A DNA stretch of 62,542 nucleotides, filler included, from Collodictyon triciliatum (lineage: Eukaryota), in NCBI GenBank assembly GCA_043381765.1. It is 9 parts of 9 records of this genome, joined end to end, with 100 filler letters (N's around TTAATTAATTAA, not from the genome) between each part and the next. Parts side by side here need not be neighbours in the genome. Positions count along the whole stretch, not along the records: positions 30,063 to 37,473 come from JBHJMP010003913.1; positions 37,574 to 44,977 come from JBHJMP010003914.1; positions 45,078 to 52,475 come from JBHJMP010003915.1; 6 more parts are not named here. One strand, 5' to 3'. A program made the position numbers and the translations under genes. Below are positions 32,798 to 49,989 of this stretch, in pieces (positions within the stretch are counted from its first letter, which is position 1; every line of letters starts with the position of its first letter). The notes below the pieces were generated by a model that was not told the origin of the DNA, did no database searches, and saw only the letters and a program-made list of their open reading frames with translations.

Positions 32798-32914
32798 GTG
32801 CATTAGTCGAAGAATGACGGAGTCGATCGAATGTAAGCAGGCTGGCTATTAGAATACCATTCCTCCGATGCCCGAATAAAACTCCAACACGCGCAATCTT
32901 CTCTCAGTGGCCAT
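30184..32914 (-). CDS. TRDMT1: tRNA (cytosine-C5) methyltransferase DNMT2
   Basis: Motif I LRVLEFYSGIGGM, motif IV MCPPCQPYTR, motif VI LENVKGFE, DNMT2-specific CFTKGYG..EGSGS, LRYFTPTEV, YRLLGN/SLNV. Confidence 0.93.
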
Positions 32915-33169
32915 CCCCGCTTCTTCTCTTGTGCACACGGAAAGGAACAGTTACTCTTGAGCCGCCTTGATCTTCGCGAAAAGGCTCAGGGTGATTGTAA
33001 TAGACACTTCCAAGTAAAACAGAAAGATAGAAAAAAAAAAAAAGAAGGAAAAAACAAAGAAAACAGAGAAAACAAAGAAAAAAGCCAGTAAATACAAGTA
33101 AATGCACAAGATATAAAATGCGAAAATGATATTGTTCGCTGTGCGCAGTGATGATCTCCGCTTGATGGT

Positions 33170-37181
<4,012 letters not shown>

Positions 37182-37723
37182 GGCTTTGCAGCTCTTGCGC
37201 TGCGCATCGATCAGAGTGTGGGGATCAAGATTGAAGTACAGAGATACTTTCCAACAAGATGCGCCCATAAAGTGGTTTTCGGCCTCATAGAAGGCCGATC
37301 AACTAACCGACGAGTACTGCACGACCAGCAGCTATGGCTCATTCTTTTTCTCTTTTTCTCTTTTTCTCTTTTCTCTTTTCTTTTTCTCTTTTCTTTTTCT
37401 CTTTTCTTTTTCTCTTTTCTTTTTCTCTTTTCTTTTTCTCTTTTCTTTTTCTCTTTTCTTTTCTCTTTTCTCTNNNNNNNNNNNNNNNNNNNNNNNNNNN
37501 NNNNNNNNNNNNNNNNNTTAATTAATTAANNNNNNNNNNNNNNNNNNNNNNNNNNNNNNNNNNNNNNNNNNNNATTTATTATTATATTTATTATTATATT
37601 TATTATTATATTTATTATTATATTTATTATTATATTTATTATTATATTTATTATTATCACATTTACTATCACATTTACTATCACATTTATTTTGATTTTA
37701 AAAGTCTTTGGGCTCACTTTCAG

Positions 37724-39461
37724 GGACCCCCAGGAACCGGAAAGACAACATCCGTGCTTTGTCTGGCGCATGCACTACTTGGTGTATCATTCAAAGAAGG
37801 CGTTTTGGAGCTAAATGCATCGGATGACCGCGGAATTGAAGTTGTGCGGACAAAAATCAAGATGTTTGCTCAGAAGAAGGTCACACTCCCAAACGGGCGG
37901 CACAAAATCATCATTTTGGACGAAGCTGACAGCATGACAGACGCAGCTCAGCAGGCGTTGAGAAGAACTATGGAAATATACTCCTCTACCACTCGATTTG
38001 CACTTGCGTGTAATATGTCAAGCAATATCATAGAGCCCATCCAAAGTCGATGTGCGATTCTGAGATACACAAGATTGGCTGATGAGCAGGTCATGGCAAA
38101 ACTCTTGGAGATATGCCAAAATGAAGGGGTATTTGTAGCAGAGATTATTTAATATGACTGATGTATGGAATGGTTGCTATTTTTGTCCCTGAGTATATAC
38201 GCTATTTAATTATTTGGTTTACAGATTACATATTTCTTTTATTAAATTATGCCCATAATACGTTTTAATATTATTTCGTATCTCGTATATTCTCCTTTAA
38301 CAAAGCAAATGTCTCAATTGCATGAAATAAGACAATACGATGAAGCGATACTTTTCGTGTTATAATAGCTTTTTTTAAAAAAAAAATATATAAGCCTACT
38401 TTATTTAAAACAAGGTTGCTTACACAATGGATGGGCTGGAGGCAATTATCTTCACAGCAGAGGGTGACATGAGACAAGCCATCAACAATCTTCAATCAAC
38501 ACACGCCGGAATGGGTTTGGTGGATGCCGATAATGTTTTCAAGGTTTTTTTCAATTGCTTATTCGCCAACTGGTTTGACGTTTTAAGCCAAAGTTGTTTC
38601 TCCAGTTTTTTGTTTGTTTTTTGTTTATTTGTTTATTTTTGTTTTTTTGTTTTTTTGTTTTTTTGTTTTTTGTTTTTTGTTTTTTGTTTTTTGTTTTTTG
38701 TTTTTTGTTTTTTGTTTTTTGTTTTTTTGTTTCTTTTTGCTTTTTGTTTTTTTGTTTTTGTTGGAAAAATACTATATTGTATACCTTAAGCACTGATAGG
38801 ATTTTATCGTTTGTACTTCATATATTTTGCGTATACTCACAACCTGCGTAGATTTGTGACCAACCGCACCCAAAAATTGTCAAGTCAATTATTCAAAACT
38901 GTCTCAGCGGCCACCTCGACGAGGCCATCAGTACCTTGATGAATAATTTATGGAATCAGTAATTTTATTTTTCTTAAAAAAAAAAAATCGTTTATTTGAA
39001 ATTACTATTGTGGTATATTGTGGAGTTCTGTATAATTGAAATAGATTTTATATGTACGTTATGAATATATCAATCGCACTATTTAAATATATACCCAGAA
39101 CTAATTTGTTCCATGCAAAGAGCTATATTCTCAAAAAAACAATACAGACATGTTACTAATTATCGTATTTATGTGTATATTGACACACTCACTCTCATTT
39201 TCAGAGGGTACTCATCTTTGGATATTATTGGCACGTTCTTTGGCACGGTGCGTAACTATGAGATGCCTGAGTACACCAAACTCGAGTATATAAAGGTGAG
39301 AAGCTTGTATATGCGATTTTGTGCGTGGAATACTGAAGATGGGATAATTGTAGGAAATCGGAACGACCCATATGCGTATCGCGGAGGGAATCAGCAGCCC
39401 ACTCCAGTTGACTGCCCTCCTGTCTCGTCTTGTTCTTTTGTCTCAACCTGCAACTGCCTGA
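37724..39461 (+). CDS. RFC2: Replication factor C small subunit (human RFC2 / yeast Rfc4 type), 5' end missing
   Basis: [83 protein letters not shown]; stop at 39459-39461. Confidence 0.95.
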
Positions 39462-39890
39462 AACATTTACTAGTCGAAATAAAGCAAATAAATAAGTAAA
39501 AAGGAAATGCAAATCACTATCAACCTCGCAAGTGAAGAAATATATACATGAATAAATGTGTTTCATTTTTCTGCAATCTTTTCAGTGTGAGAGGTTGATT
39601 TTCCCCAAATGCAAAACATATTTTGCAACTTGGAGCCAAGAAAGAAGTATAAAAATGGATGTGTATACTCGTACGATTGAGTGGACAGAATGATGCAAAC
39701 GCTACACCAATGATTAAATAAACCCCAAACCTATCCGCCCTTAGACTTTTGGAGCGGATAGATATCAAAAGAAAGCAACAATAATGGGCACTTGTGGATT
39801 TCGATGGTGCCTTAGACCATTTAGAAAAAGTGTTTTGGCAGAGAAAAAAAAAAGCCAAAAATATCGCGAGGCAGGTGCTTAGGGGTAAAA

Positions 39891-39990
<100 letters not shown>

Positions 39991-40250
39991 GCAAAATAGA
40001 ACCTCAGCAAATAAATAAATGACGAAGGGAAACCCATTTTTGTGGCGATTGACTAAACACACCGCCTATTACCCTAATTCACACTAGTTTCACACTAGAA
40101 GTAGTTTTTAATATCTAAATATGTAAAATTAATGACCTTTTTATATAAAATTTAGCATATTGACTATTATTATTGTATTTTCCAGATGTTGATATTAGCT
40201 CATCTTGGAATAGATTTTCTACTTATCGGAAAATATTAACTAAATATCAT

Positions 40251-40303
40251 ATTAATTAACATAAATTATTTTTTCCTTTATTCGATTAATTAACATAAAT
40301 TAT
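40251..40303 (-). mobile_element. Micro-retroinsertion CGAATAAAGG(A)n (15 bp) with a perfect 19-bp TSD
   Basis: ATTAATTAACATAAATTAT at 40251-40269 and 40285-40303. Confidence 0.72.
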
Positions 40304-40925
40304 AACACAATAATGATATTGCATCACTTAATTTCGTAAATAATATCAATCAATTAAAACAATTTACACATATGTATAAAATTGTATCTACAAATATGGA
40401 ATAATATTAATTTGTACATAACCATATCCAGTTCGGCGCAATCGCCTTCGTATGGAAATTCTGGATAAGGTCATAACCATACATGTACTAATATATTTAG
40501 CCTAATTTAACTCAAAAACACGCATAAGGTCATAACCTAAATAGGAACGCCATTAAAGGCAATAGCGCGCTGACTCGTATATGGACAAACATCCTTTTTC
40601 CCAACTCGAAATCCAATCATCACTAGCCTGAGAAGGAAGCTACCAAAGAAGGCGAGATCGCGAGACACTATTTAAAGCGAGGCGAGCGAAGTGTTTTCCT
40701 GCAAAGCCATGCGACTCTGGCACATTCATCCGCCAGACGCCACCCAGCAACACACAAGCCAATGTGAAGGAAGCCAAAACAAAGCCCACAGACTAAACAG
40801 AAATCCACGCCCGAGAAACGTCCATATTCATACAACAGCAACAAACTAATCTGCCAACCAATAATCTTCCCTGCCCGACAGATACCCCACAGCCAGCACA
40901 AACACAACCCAGCCAAGAACAAGAG

Positions 40926-41570
40926 ATGGATCTGTGGGCAACGATATCTGCAACAACAGCAACAGCCTCAAGCAGCCCTGTCATCCATACAGAGACTTCA
41001 CCCCTCTTAGCGCTGCAGACACAAAGCCCACCCTTGTTCAGCCAGGATTGCGCCCCCACAACACTTGTTGTTGTGCCACCTGTCAATGCAGACGGCTCGC
41101 TGCACTATTTCTACTGCCTGCCTCCAGAGTTGCCGTTTCTCATGTGAGTTGCCCTTGCCCGTCAGACTCCCAAATTATTCGCCCCAGGCACTGACAGACT
41201 CTCTCATAGATACCCCTTCCAGCCCGTATCTATCGGTGCGCGCACCGAACAGCCCGGCAGCCAAGAGTTGCAGAGCACGAAGCAGCCTCACTTAGATACT
41301 GAAACCGCAGAAACAATAGCAAAGCCATCAAAGATATCTCACGTTTTGCCAAAACGCCCCAAAGCTGCCTCTGGTATAAAGAAGAAAAAGGCTATCAATC
41401 CATACATCGCCTTTAGCATCGAAATGAGAAAGAAACGTCTCCAGACCGACCCGTTCATAGGCAACCGTCAGCTGATTCTTGAGATTGGGCAGATGTGGAG
41501 CAAACTGTCCCTGTCCGAGAGGGAAGAATATGCTGTTCTCGCAAAGAAGCTGACAGACGAGCTTAACTAG
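40926..41570 (+). CDS. Single HMG-box protein (2 exons; intron 41144-41209)
   Basis: KKAINPYIAFSIEMRKK..IGNRQLILEIGQMWSKLSLSEREEYAVLAKK is an HMG box; phase-compatible GT-AG intron with CTGAC branch point; TATTTAAA at about 40669. Confidence 0.82.
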
Positions 41571-42355
41571 GCCGGCCAATCTACTGTCTCACCACAACAA
41601 TGTGCCGTGTAAGGCAATCACAATTTGTCCTTGAGGTGATGTTCCTGGTTATAACCATTGGCTCCCTGAATCACCGTCTATGTATTTCTAAAAATCATGA
41701 TATCATTATGTTCATCCACCCACTACCTGCTAGACCCAAAGTCCACATTCAATCTTTTGAAATAAAATGACGGAAGAAATGAACGATTACGAGTAGGAAT
41801 ATGAACCCCTCCTTTTTCTCGGATATATAATTAAGGTTTGATGGGATTGGGCGGGGTAAAACCAAGCCGATGTGCTCTATGAGCAGGTCTCTTCTTTGTG
41901 TCATTGTGCTGTGTCATTTGAACTACGAAGGCGAAACACCATCACAATAAAGCTGTTAAAGTAAACCCGTTTCTATGTATGATGAAGCTGGTGATGTCCT
42001 GTGCGAACTAATGCGGGTTGTTCTCTGTGTCTTTTCTCCCCTTTTCTTTTTCTTCTGCCCTGTTGTCCAAAATTGCCCAACACATCTCACGATGCCATTC
42101 CTCCCTTTTCCACATTTGACCACATCGAACGACGCTTGTTCGTGTGTTCCTTTCGGAAACCGAGATGAATCAGCAACGAGCGGGCTCCTGCTTTGTCGGA
42201 GTGGTTTTTCGCTTGCCGTCGGCCCTTGTGCGTACCTTCTCTGGTGCCTTCTATTAGCCTCCGGTGAAGTTGGAGAGGTCATTATTTTCCGCCAAAACCC
42301 GTCAAAAAATGGCCATGTAATTAATGCATAGGAAAATCTGAAGCAGGTATTTCCT

Positions 42356-44446
42356 GTGCCTAACCGCGACCGCCGAGAACACATGCAGTGTCGCCTGTCT
42401 GACCCCACCCACGGCCAAGAAAAGAGGGACTCTTTGGCCAAACCTCATCCAAGCGAACACGTTCAATCCTGCACTCATAAGTTTTCTGCCTCCAGCAGCG
42501 TGGAGCGCTCTCGTTCTTCCATGCCAGAGAGCTCCGATCCAGCCATTTTGTCTGATCGAGAGAGTGCTCTCCAACCAGTCTCGGACCACTTCCACTACAA
42601 TTCAGATATATCCCAAACCCCCATACCCCCCACATCAACTGTTACTTATCCGGCCTCTTCTAAGCTTCGGCCACACACAAATCCCTTGTTGATGGATGAG
42701 TCTCATCCCACAGAGAATCGCTCACAAAATCGAGCATATCTACCCCAATCTTGCGATGCAGATGACTTTGGGGGAGCTCCAAAAGAGATTACACAAGACA
42801 GGCAACAGCTGCATGGACAAGAGGTTGGTTTATTCTCGCCATCACACACACTCGTAGGTGCCTTACATCATTCAGACCCTTTGGGCAATTCCGAGGCGAA
42901 ATCTCCTTTGGTATTGATGTCTATTTCATCGGAGGTGAGTACAGGGGTCCATTCCAAGGAATCTCGCGTGCAGAGCGAGACGGTTGAGCAGTCTCATCTT
43001 CAACATGGCGATCACCCCTCATCATACTACTTCAGACTGCTTGATGTTGCACCGCACCAGTGTGAAGACCATACCGCAGAGATTCACCCGGAGGAAAGTT
43101 CCAAACCGAGTCTTGATTGTGCACGTGTGAATGAATCAGATCCCCAGAGCTGCAAATCCACTGAAAGAACCCCGCTATTCATCCGACATGCCGATGGTGA
43201 GTCTACGCAGCTGAAGAAATCAATCAAGGCCATCATGACGCGGAACCGTAGGGCACAGATGTCTGAGGAAGAGAAGAATCGTGTGCGCAAGGTTAACGCA
43301 GACTCGATGCGATTGAAGAGGGCTCAGATGAGTATTGAGGAGCGCAAGAAGGCAAGTCTCACTGCCATCATGAATAGGAAACGGAGAGTCTCTGGAATGA
43401 CAGACGAGGAAATTGTTGCCCGCCGCCAAGCTGCCAACGAAGCCATGCGCCTCCGCCGAGCCAGGAAAACAGAAGAAGAGAAAGCAAGAGGGAATAGACC
43501 ACGAACACTGCAATGCAGAACCCATTTGATATCACCAATTCCCTTGGTCTCTCAAGTAGCAAACATACCAAACTCACGTCCGCCATTGGCTATCTATTCA
43601 TGTGCATCAGATAGCCCAGCAAGTAATCCGCCGCATTCAGCTTCTGAACCCGTTCCTACATCAGCAGTGTCATCTGTGTGGCCTATGCCGCCTTCAGACA
43701 TGGATGCTAGCTTTGCTCAGTTCCATGAAGTAGTGGAGCCCGACGAACAATATGCAGAGGGAACTGATAGCGATATTCATCAACAAGTCTCTTCGCACAC
43801 CAGCCACCCTTTGCATATCACACATCATTCATCAAATTATTTTCGCCACCACCACCACCATTCAAGCACCCAGCACCACTTGCCACAACCACTAGTCAAT
43901 CAAATTCATGAATCTACATCAATTGCCCCATACCAGCTTGTCTATCACCAACATAATCACTATCATATAACCCAATCACCAGGGCAAAATAACTACCTCT
44001 CTAACCATGACCAGCAGCAAAATCAACCTCGGTGTGTCTTTATTTTAGAGCACCCTGGAGATGGCCCCCGCTCACAGGTTAAACGTCCCAAGGCCGTCCA
44101 GCCCATTCGGAAAAAGATGCATGCACATACACACCACCCAACACGATTGCACCCTCCTATGGGCCCAGAGGGTCACGGCACAACCCTCGTAGATCAGGAC
44201 ATTTCCCTTGAAGAATCCCGGATGCATATGTGCAAACTAGAAAAGGGTGCCACCCTTGAAAGTGTATTTGGAGAAATGTCTGGTTCTCCCGCTCGACTCA
44301 CACAGACATCCAAACCGGATGACAAACAAAGAAGTTTTGAGGCTTACTCAGGACCTCGCCATGGAGATACTGACACCGATCAGAATCTCACATGCGATGG
44401 TGAAGACAGTGGTAGTAGCGATGTTATACCCCTTGCAAATGATTGA
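42356..44446 (+). CDS. Low-complexity protein with 23-aa helical repeats (STPR-like) and a His/Gln-rich tract; true start uncertain
   Basis: 696-codon uninterrupted ORF with repeats MSEEEKNRVRKVNADSMRLKRAQ / MSIEERKKASLTAIMNRKRRVSG / MTDEEIVARRQAANEAMRLRRAR / KTEEEK. An in-frame AG acceptor at 42331 suggests an upstream exon. Confidence 0.7.
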   Translation: MPNRDRREHMQCRLSDPTHGQEKRDSLAKPHPSEHVQSCTHKFSASSSVERSRSSMPESSDPAILSDRESALQPVSDHFHYNSDISQTPIPPTSTVTYPASSKLRPHTNPLLMDESHPTENRSQNRAYLPQSCDADDFGGAPKEITQDRQQLHGQEVGLFSPSHTLVGALHHSDPLGNSEAKSPLVLMSISSEVSTGVHSKESRVQSETVEQSHLQHGDHPSSYYFRLLDVAPHQCEDHTAEIHPEESSKPSLDCARVNESDPQSCKSTERTPLFIRHADGESTQLKKSIKAIMTRNRRAQMSEEEKNRVRKVNADSMRLKRAQMSIEERKKASLTAIMNRKRRVSGMTDEEIVARRQAANEAMRLRRARKTEEEKARGNRPRTLQCRTHLISPIPLVSQVANIPNSRPPLAIYSCASDSPASNPPHSASEPVPTSAVSSVWPMPPSDMDASFAQFHEVVEPDEQYAEGTDSDIHQQVSSHTSHPLHITHHSSNYFRHHHHHSSTQHHLPQPLVNQIHESTSIAPYQLVYHQHNHYHITQSPGQNNYLSNHDQQQNQPRCVFILEHPGDGPRSQVKRPKAVQPIRKKMHAHTHHPTRLHPPMGPEGHGTTLVDQDISLEESRMHMCKLEKGATLESVFGEMSGSPARLTQTSKPDDKQRSFEAYSGPRHGDTDTDQNLTCDGEDSGSSDVIPLAND

Positions 44447-44512
44447 GATACTCTTTCTGTAATTCAGCTCCTTGTCATATTGTATCACAACCAAGCGTTC
44501 CTTACACCACAC

Positions 44513-44746
<234 letters not shown>

Positions 44747-45077
44747 TCTACTAACTTCTGCATTTACATTTGATTACTTTTTTTTTGGCAAATCGTACAT
44801 GAGTGGGTTTGGTTGCCTGTATGCAAACCCGTTCCCTAGCTACCGTGGATTATAATCATCGGAGAACCCTACCTGGTATTTAACAATAAAACATAATTGT
44901 ATTTGGATTTAAGATTTGGTGCAATTGACCACTCATATTCCTTTTTTTTTTTTCTAAATATATTGATTTTAATAAAANNNNNNNNNNNNNNNNNNNNNNN
45001 NNNNNNNNNNNNNNNNNNNNNTTAATTAATTAANNNNNNNNNNNNNNNNNNNNNNNNNNNNNNNNNNNNNNNNNNNN

Positions 45078-48000
45078 TTTCCCCAAGAGGTTCAGACTGT
45101 TATTAAGTCTAAAAAACTTGAGGATTTTTGCAAACGAAATCAAGCAAACTGCACCGGCGAGACACTAGAGTTGTTGATGAAACAAAAAATCAGATGTTGG
45201 TGTATCTTGTTTCAAATATATGTTAGCCTATTCAGGGGATAAGGTGTCATAATATGTAGATGAAACGATAGGCGTCATCTAACCTGAAAAACGGTGTATA
45301 TGTTGGATGTCGTCTGGAAATTAATATATATTGTTGGCTCTAAAGGGTTATGGTAATGATGGACGATGTCATAAATGTCCTCTGATTTTTTGATAAAATA
45401 GGATATGACTACGATAATCGCGAGCGTCGACTTTGATGAAATAGTTAAGGTTTTTGATTTAAAATAGATAGAGAGGGTCAGTTCGGGAAAAAAAAATGAT
45501 GCTGAATTTATTTAATTATGTATCTTAAGAATAATTCTTGAATGTTTATCCCGAAGAGTTTTCATGGCCATAAGTAAGGATACACATTCAGATATGATTT
45601 CAAAAAGTTCCCAAAATCCTATATCTGACTGAGACATGTCTGCAAAAATCTTTTTTTTTTCCAAAGAATTGAGTATATTGAATATAGCTTAATTGTCAAT
45701 TCAAAATGACATAGCTGACTATGAACAATATAAGAAAAAAAATACCCTGGGGACATCTCGAAAGGCTATAGCGAGGCCCGTGAGAATGTAAAATGCAAAG
45801 TATATCATTTGACTGCTACCGCCTCCGCCTTTGACTCTATTGATTTCGTTACTATTGAGTTTTGCGATTCCGTTTAATTTTCCCATAAATAAAATAAGAC
45901 AAAATAGCTTCCCTCACTTGAATCGAATAAAGGGAAAAAATGGGATGAGATAAAATAAAATAACGAAAATACGTGAAAACTTATAGTGATAAATATAGAA
46001 GAAAAAAAACATGTCCGGCATACAGTATAAGAGGAAAGCTGTTTATTCGTGAAGTTGTTGTGATGAGTCCCGTTGGTGAAAATTCGAACAACTATCCAAT
46101 ATGGTATTCATATTGATGAGTAATTGTCGTGATGTGGATTTATTTTCGTTCGTGTGTGACATATGAATAGCAGGAAGAAAAAAGTACGTATTCCACAGAT
46201 GTGAGGATTCCACTATCTCCATTTATCATACTGAAGTCGAGGGCTACGGCTCTAGTAGAACGGTCGATCCAATTATCATCCTTAAAAAAATGAAGAGAAA
46301 GAGAATGACTCATCATGTAACCGAGTATCGATGAAATATTCTCTTGGTTCGAGAAAAGAAATCAATTACCTTGAGTTGTGATATTAAGGAGAGTGTATCA
46401 TTGAGTCCATATGGCATAGTAATCGCGTGTGCTCCAGTGCCGTACACGGAATCTGGACTGATATGTGTATCACGAAAGTATACGAATGACGATATGAGGA
46501 CTGGCCATTCTTCTGAATAGGTATATTTCCTGGAGTAGGAATGGTTTGGTGGACAGGTTAATTTCTATTGGCAGGCAATAAACTTGCGGAATATCCTCGT
46601 TGAAGGGATATGTTTTTCATAGCATGTTTAAAACTGCAACATCGCAGTAAATATTGCTAAAAATATTCGATATGATTCTTTTTTAAAAATATAAAATAAA
46701 ATACTGTGGCTCGCTTTTTGGTCCAAAAGGATTCTTGTCTATGTTGTCGTATCGAAAGAATCCATAGCAATCTGAGTTAGTCTCATATATCTTGCATGGC
46801 CCAGATTTGACGCGGATCTGGCGAAGCAAAGGTTTTCCAAAAAGTCTGACTCCATCGTCTATCGTCCCATTGTTCACAAAAAGACCAATGGCTATTGAAG
46901 ACGACAGGAACTGAAATCGTGTAAATTTGTAAAGGAAGAAAAACTGACGTTAACATAGCTTTATACAAATAGAGCAAATGGGCTGCATAATAGGGTTTGA
47001 TGAACATCCTTTAACTATAAAACATTCCTTGTCGCGTATGTACTCGAATATCATATGCGGTGCTATTTCATGCATTTGTCCTATTTCTATTCCATTCTTT
47101 CTGTCTATCTTAGTTTAACGTAAACTTTACCGAGTAGAGTCCGTCCTATAAAGAACAACAAAACATTTTTTTTTAATAAAAACCTTTCAAAAATAGATAT
47201 AGGGTGCAAAAATGTTGATTCACAATTCCCACAATTCTTTTTCCTTATAAAAGACTCACTACAGAGTTCACAGAGGAGACGTCTTGATAGTCTGGATTGC
47301 TCTCTGAAAGAAATTTAGATATTCAATAAACGTAACATGTTGTTTATTAGATTTATTACCTTTCCGCTAAACATAATTTAATATCGTAATTTACATTTCT
47401 AAAGTAAAAAGAAAATGAAAAAGAATATAAAGAAGGCAATATAGTGTTATCATTTGATTTTGCAGTGGGCATTAAATCTGATATTACCTGAAGAAAAGTA
47501 TGTAGCCAAGAAGGAAGACTGCATTCATCAATTATTAGTAACATGATAGAGAATCCTTATCAATTCAAATATGAACTAAAATAGCATATGGTTAAGTACA
47601 ATCTGAGGTTATGCTTTTGATTGAAATAACGATCACCTCTTCATAGAGAACTGAAACGGGGATAAACCAAACCACAAGGATAAGGTATGCAATCAAATGT
47701 ACAAGGTAAACCAATAGTTCTAAGTTAAAATCAGTCCTTGCCAGGATTTCAAAGTAGTTGAAAACATTTTCGGAGTTCAGGACGGTGTACATTTTTCTGG
47801 TTTGTGTACCATCTAGTAAACAAAATCGTGTCAAATTACGTAAAATTAGGTGTGGCAAATTGTATGTTTATCCAGCGATAATGCATAATTTTCCAAAAAA
47901 AATAATTAATTTATAATCCACCAACCTTGTTTTTCTGTGCTTTCATTTTCCTTGTATTCTCGAGATTTATGATACAACTCAGTGAATTCACTATCTGCTC

Positions 48001-49989
48001 TGTGCGAGGTAAACATCCGGGCTGCTGTTTTTCGAAGAGGGTTTGGTAAAAAGAATACAAAAAGTGAAAGGATGCTGAAATCAGCGATATATTCTGAGGT
48101 ATCGCTTTCTGGCCGAGGATTTACTTCGTTTTGGGCTCCTAGGTCAACTATTGTTTCATATAAAAAATAAATTGTATAAGTTTCAAAGAGATGCTCTCTG
48201 TCCTGATTATCACATATCAATTAATGTTCATATGTATTTTCCGTATTCTTTTTTTTTTATTCGAGGATATTGCTAACAAGTTCCCACGATTTGAATGGCA
48301 GATAAAATATTGAATGAAGATCTATCAATTACGTTCTTGAGGGGCTGGGTGGACGACATTTGATATTTTGGGAGGCCCTCCAGAGGGTGACATTAGTGAT
48401 GGACTTGATTTTATGGAGGGCTCATCCTTTTGGTAGAGATAACAGAAGAAAATCACTCAACCCAAGAATTGTACAGAATGGTTTTTTTAAGATTGAAGGC
48501 CTGCTTATGCTGTGTGTTGTATGCATAAAATATTACGAAGATGGGTACAGCGGCAGGTAATGTATCCTTTGCAAGCATCAGCGGGGTAAATCCTCCCAAA
48601 TTTTTAACGTGTGTATCTGCACCCAAATCAACAAAGAGGCGTACAGTACTCTCATGTTTATGAAGCACTGCCAAGTGCAATGCTGTGTTTCCATCTTTGT
48701 TTTTCGCGTTTAAATTACATTTTGCAGCATGAAGATATCTTATGATAGACTCGTGCCCTATTTTTGTGCAAGTCGAATCAATTTCACAAAGATTTGAGAT
48801 TCACATGCTTACTAAATTCCACGAGTGAATTATACGCTGGCAAAACAGGGGGAAATACATCAACATGAAAACAATATAGGAAAGGAAGGGAAAGGAAGGG
48901 AAAGGAAAGGAAAGGAAAGGAAAGGAAAGGAAAGGAAAGGAAAGGAAAGGAAAGGAAAGGAAAGGAAAGGAAAGGAAAGGAAAGGAAAGGAAAGGAAAGA
49001 AAAAAAGAAAAGAAAAGAAAGGAAAGGAAAGAAAAAAAAGAGAAGAAAAGAGAAGAAAAGAGAAGAAAAGAGAAGAAAAGAGAAGAAAAGAGAAGAAAAG
49101 AAAGGAAAGGAAAGGAAAGAAAAAAAAGAGAAGAAAAGAAAGGAAAAGAACCGTTTTTAGCGGCGATGTGAATGACTGCATTTTCATTGTCAGCCAATTG
49201 CTCAAGAGCCTGAGCAGAATACTTTGCCAGGGCATCCACAACGTCAAGGAATCCGCCATCGACTGCATAGTGTACAGCCTGCCACTTTCTAGCATCACGA
49301 GTCATGAGCATGGCCTTCAGCTGGATGAGCTGATTTACAACCGCGAGGTTCCTAGAGACATGTTATATGTGGGTTAGAGCTTATTAGTAGTCCTTTTTTT
49401 TTTTTCCTTTATTCGATTCAAAGTACAGTGAGCTTATTGGCAGTCTTATCATAATGTATTATCGACTTTACAGGCTTGAAATACAACGGATGTAACCAAA
49501 ATAAAATTAATGAAGAAACCAAAGAAAATGAAAAAAAAAAGAATTGTCAGAAAATATTCGTCGTATGTTGAGAACTCTAATGACACTAATAACGATACCC
49601 TTTCTGACAAGCCACGATTAAGGCTGTTTCACCTTTCTCATTCTTCTCCTCAATATCCACCTTTAGACGGGCCAATGTCTATATTATTTTTTTGTCAATA
49701 AGGCATGTCCTTTGACCTCCTTCCTTTTTTAATAACAGACGCACGGAAATAAAAAAAAACAAAACGAAGGTACACGAGAGGGAACGGATGAGACCATAGA
49801 GACATAACAAACAGCAATCATTGTGTCATATCCATTCCTCGCGCATTGATGGATAGGCGATTCCCCGTGGCTCCGTGTCTTGCTGGGGTCGAACAAAGCC
49901 TCTGTCCCAGGCTGTGTCTCGATTCGATGCAAAGTCTTTTGGGCTTCGTCCGGTTTGCCGGCGTCCAAATGACGAAGGAACTCCTCCAT
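45078..49989 (-). CDS. Ankyrin-repeat + polycystin-2 (TRPP/PKD2-like) cation channel, multi-exon, 3' truncated
   Basis: Ankyrins GESPIHQCARNG, WQAVHYAVDGG, DGNTALHLAVLHKHESTVRLFVDLGAD, GFTPLMLA; then TM1 and polycystin TOP-domain motifs LFGKPLLRQIRVKSGPC and LK/DDNWIDRSTRAVALDF..LFEFSPTG. Start codon uncertain. Confidence 0.75.
45917..45940 (+). mobile_element. Copy of the micro-element core CTTGAATCGAATAAAGGG(A)6 without a recognisable TSD
   Basis: Matches the other copies in sequence. Confidence 0.55.
49377..49445 (-). mobile_element. Longest micro-retroinsertion copy ACTGTACTTTGAATCGAATAAAGG(A)n with a 16-bp TSD (2 mismatches)
   Basis: GAGCTTATT(A/G)G(T/C)AGTC at 49377-49392 and 49430-49445. 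Confidence 0.7.

Noticed and set aside
49405-49423. TTCGATTC read as a tRNA T-loop or B-box
   Set aside because: No cloverleaf or A-box nearby; it is the reverse complement of the micro-element core.
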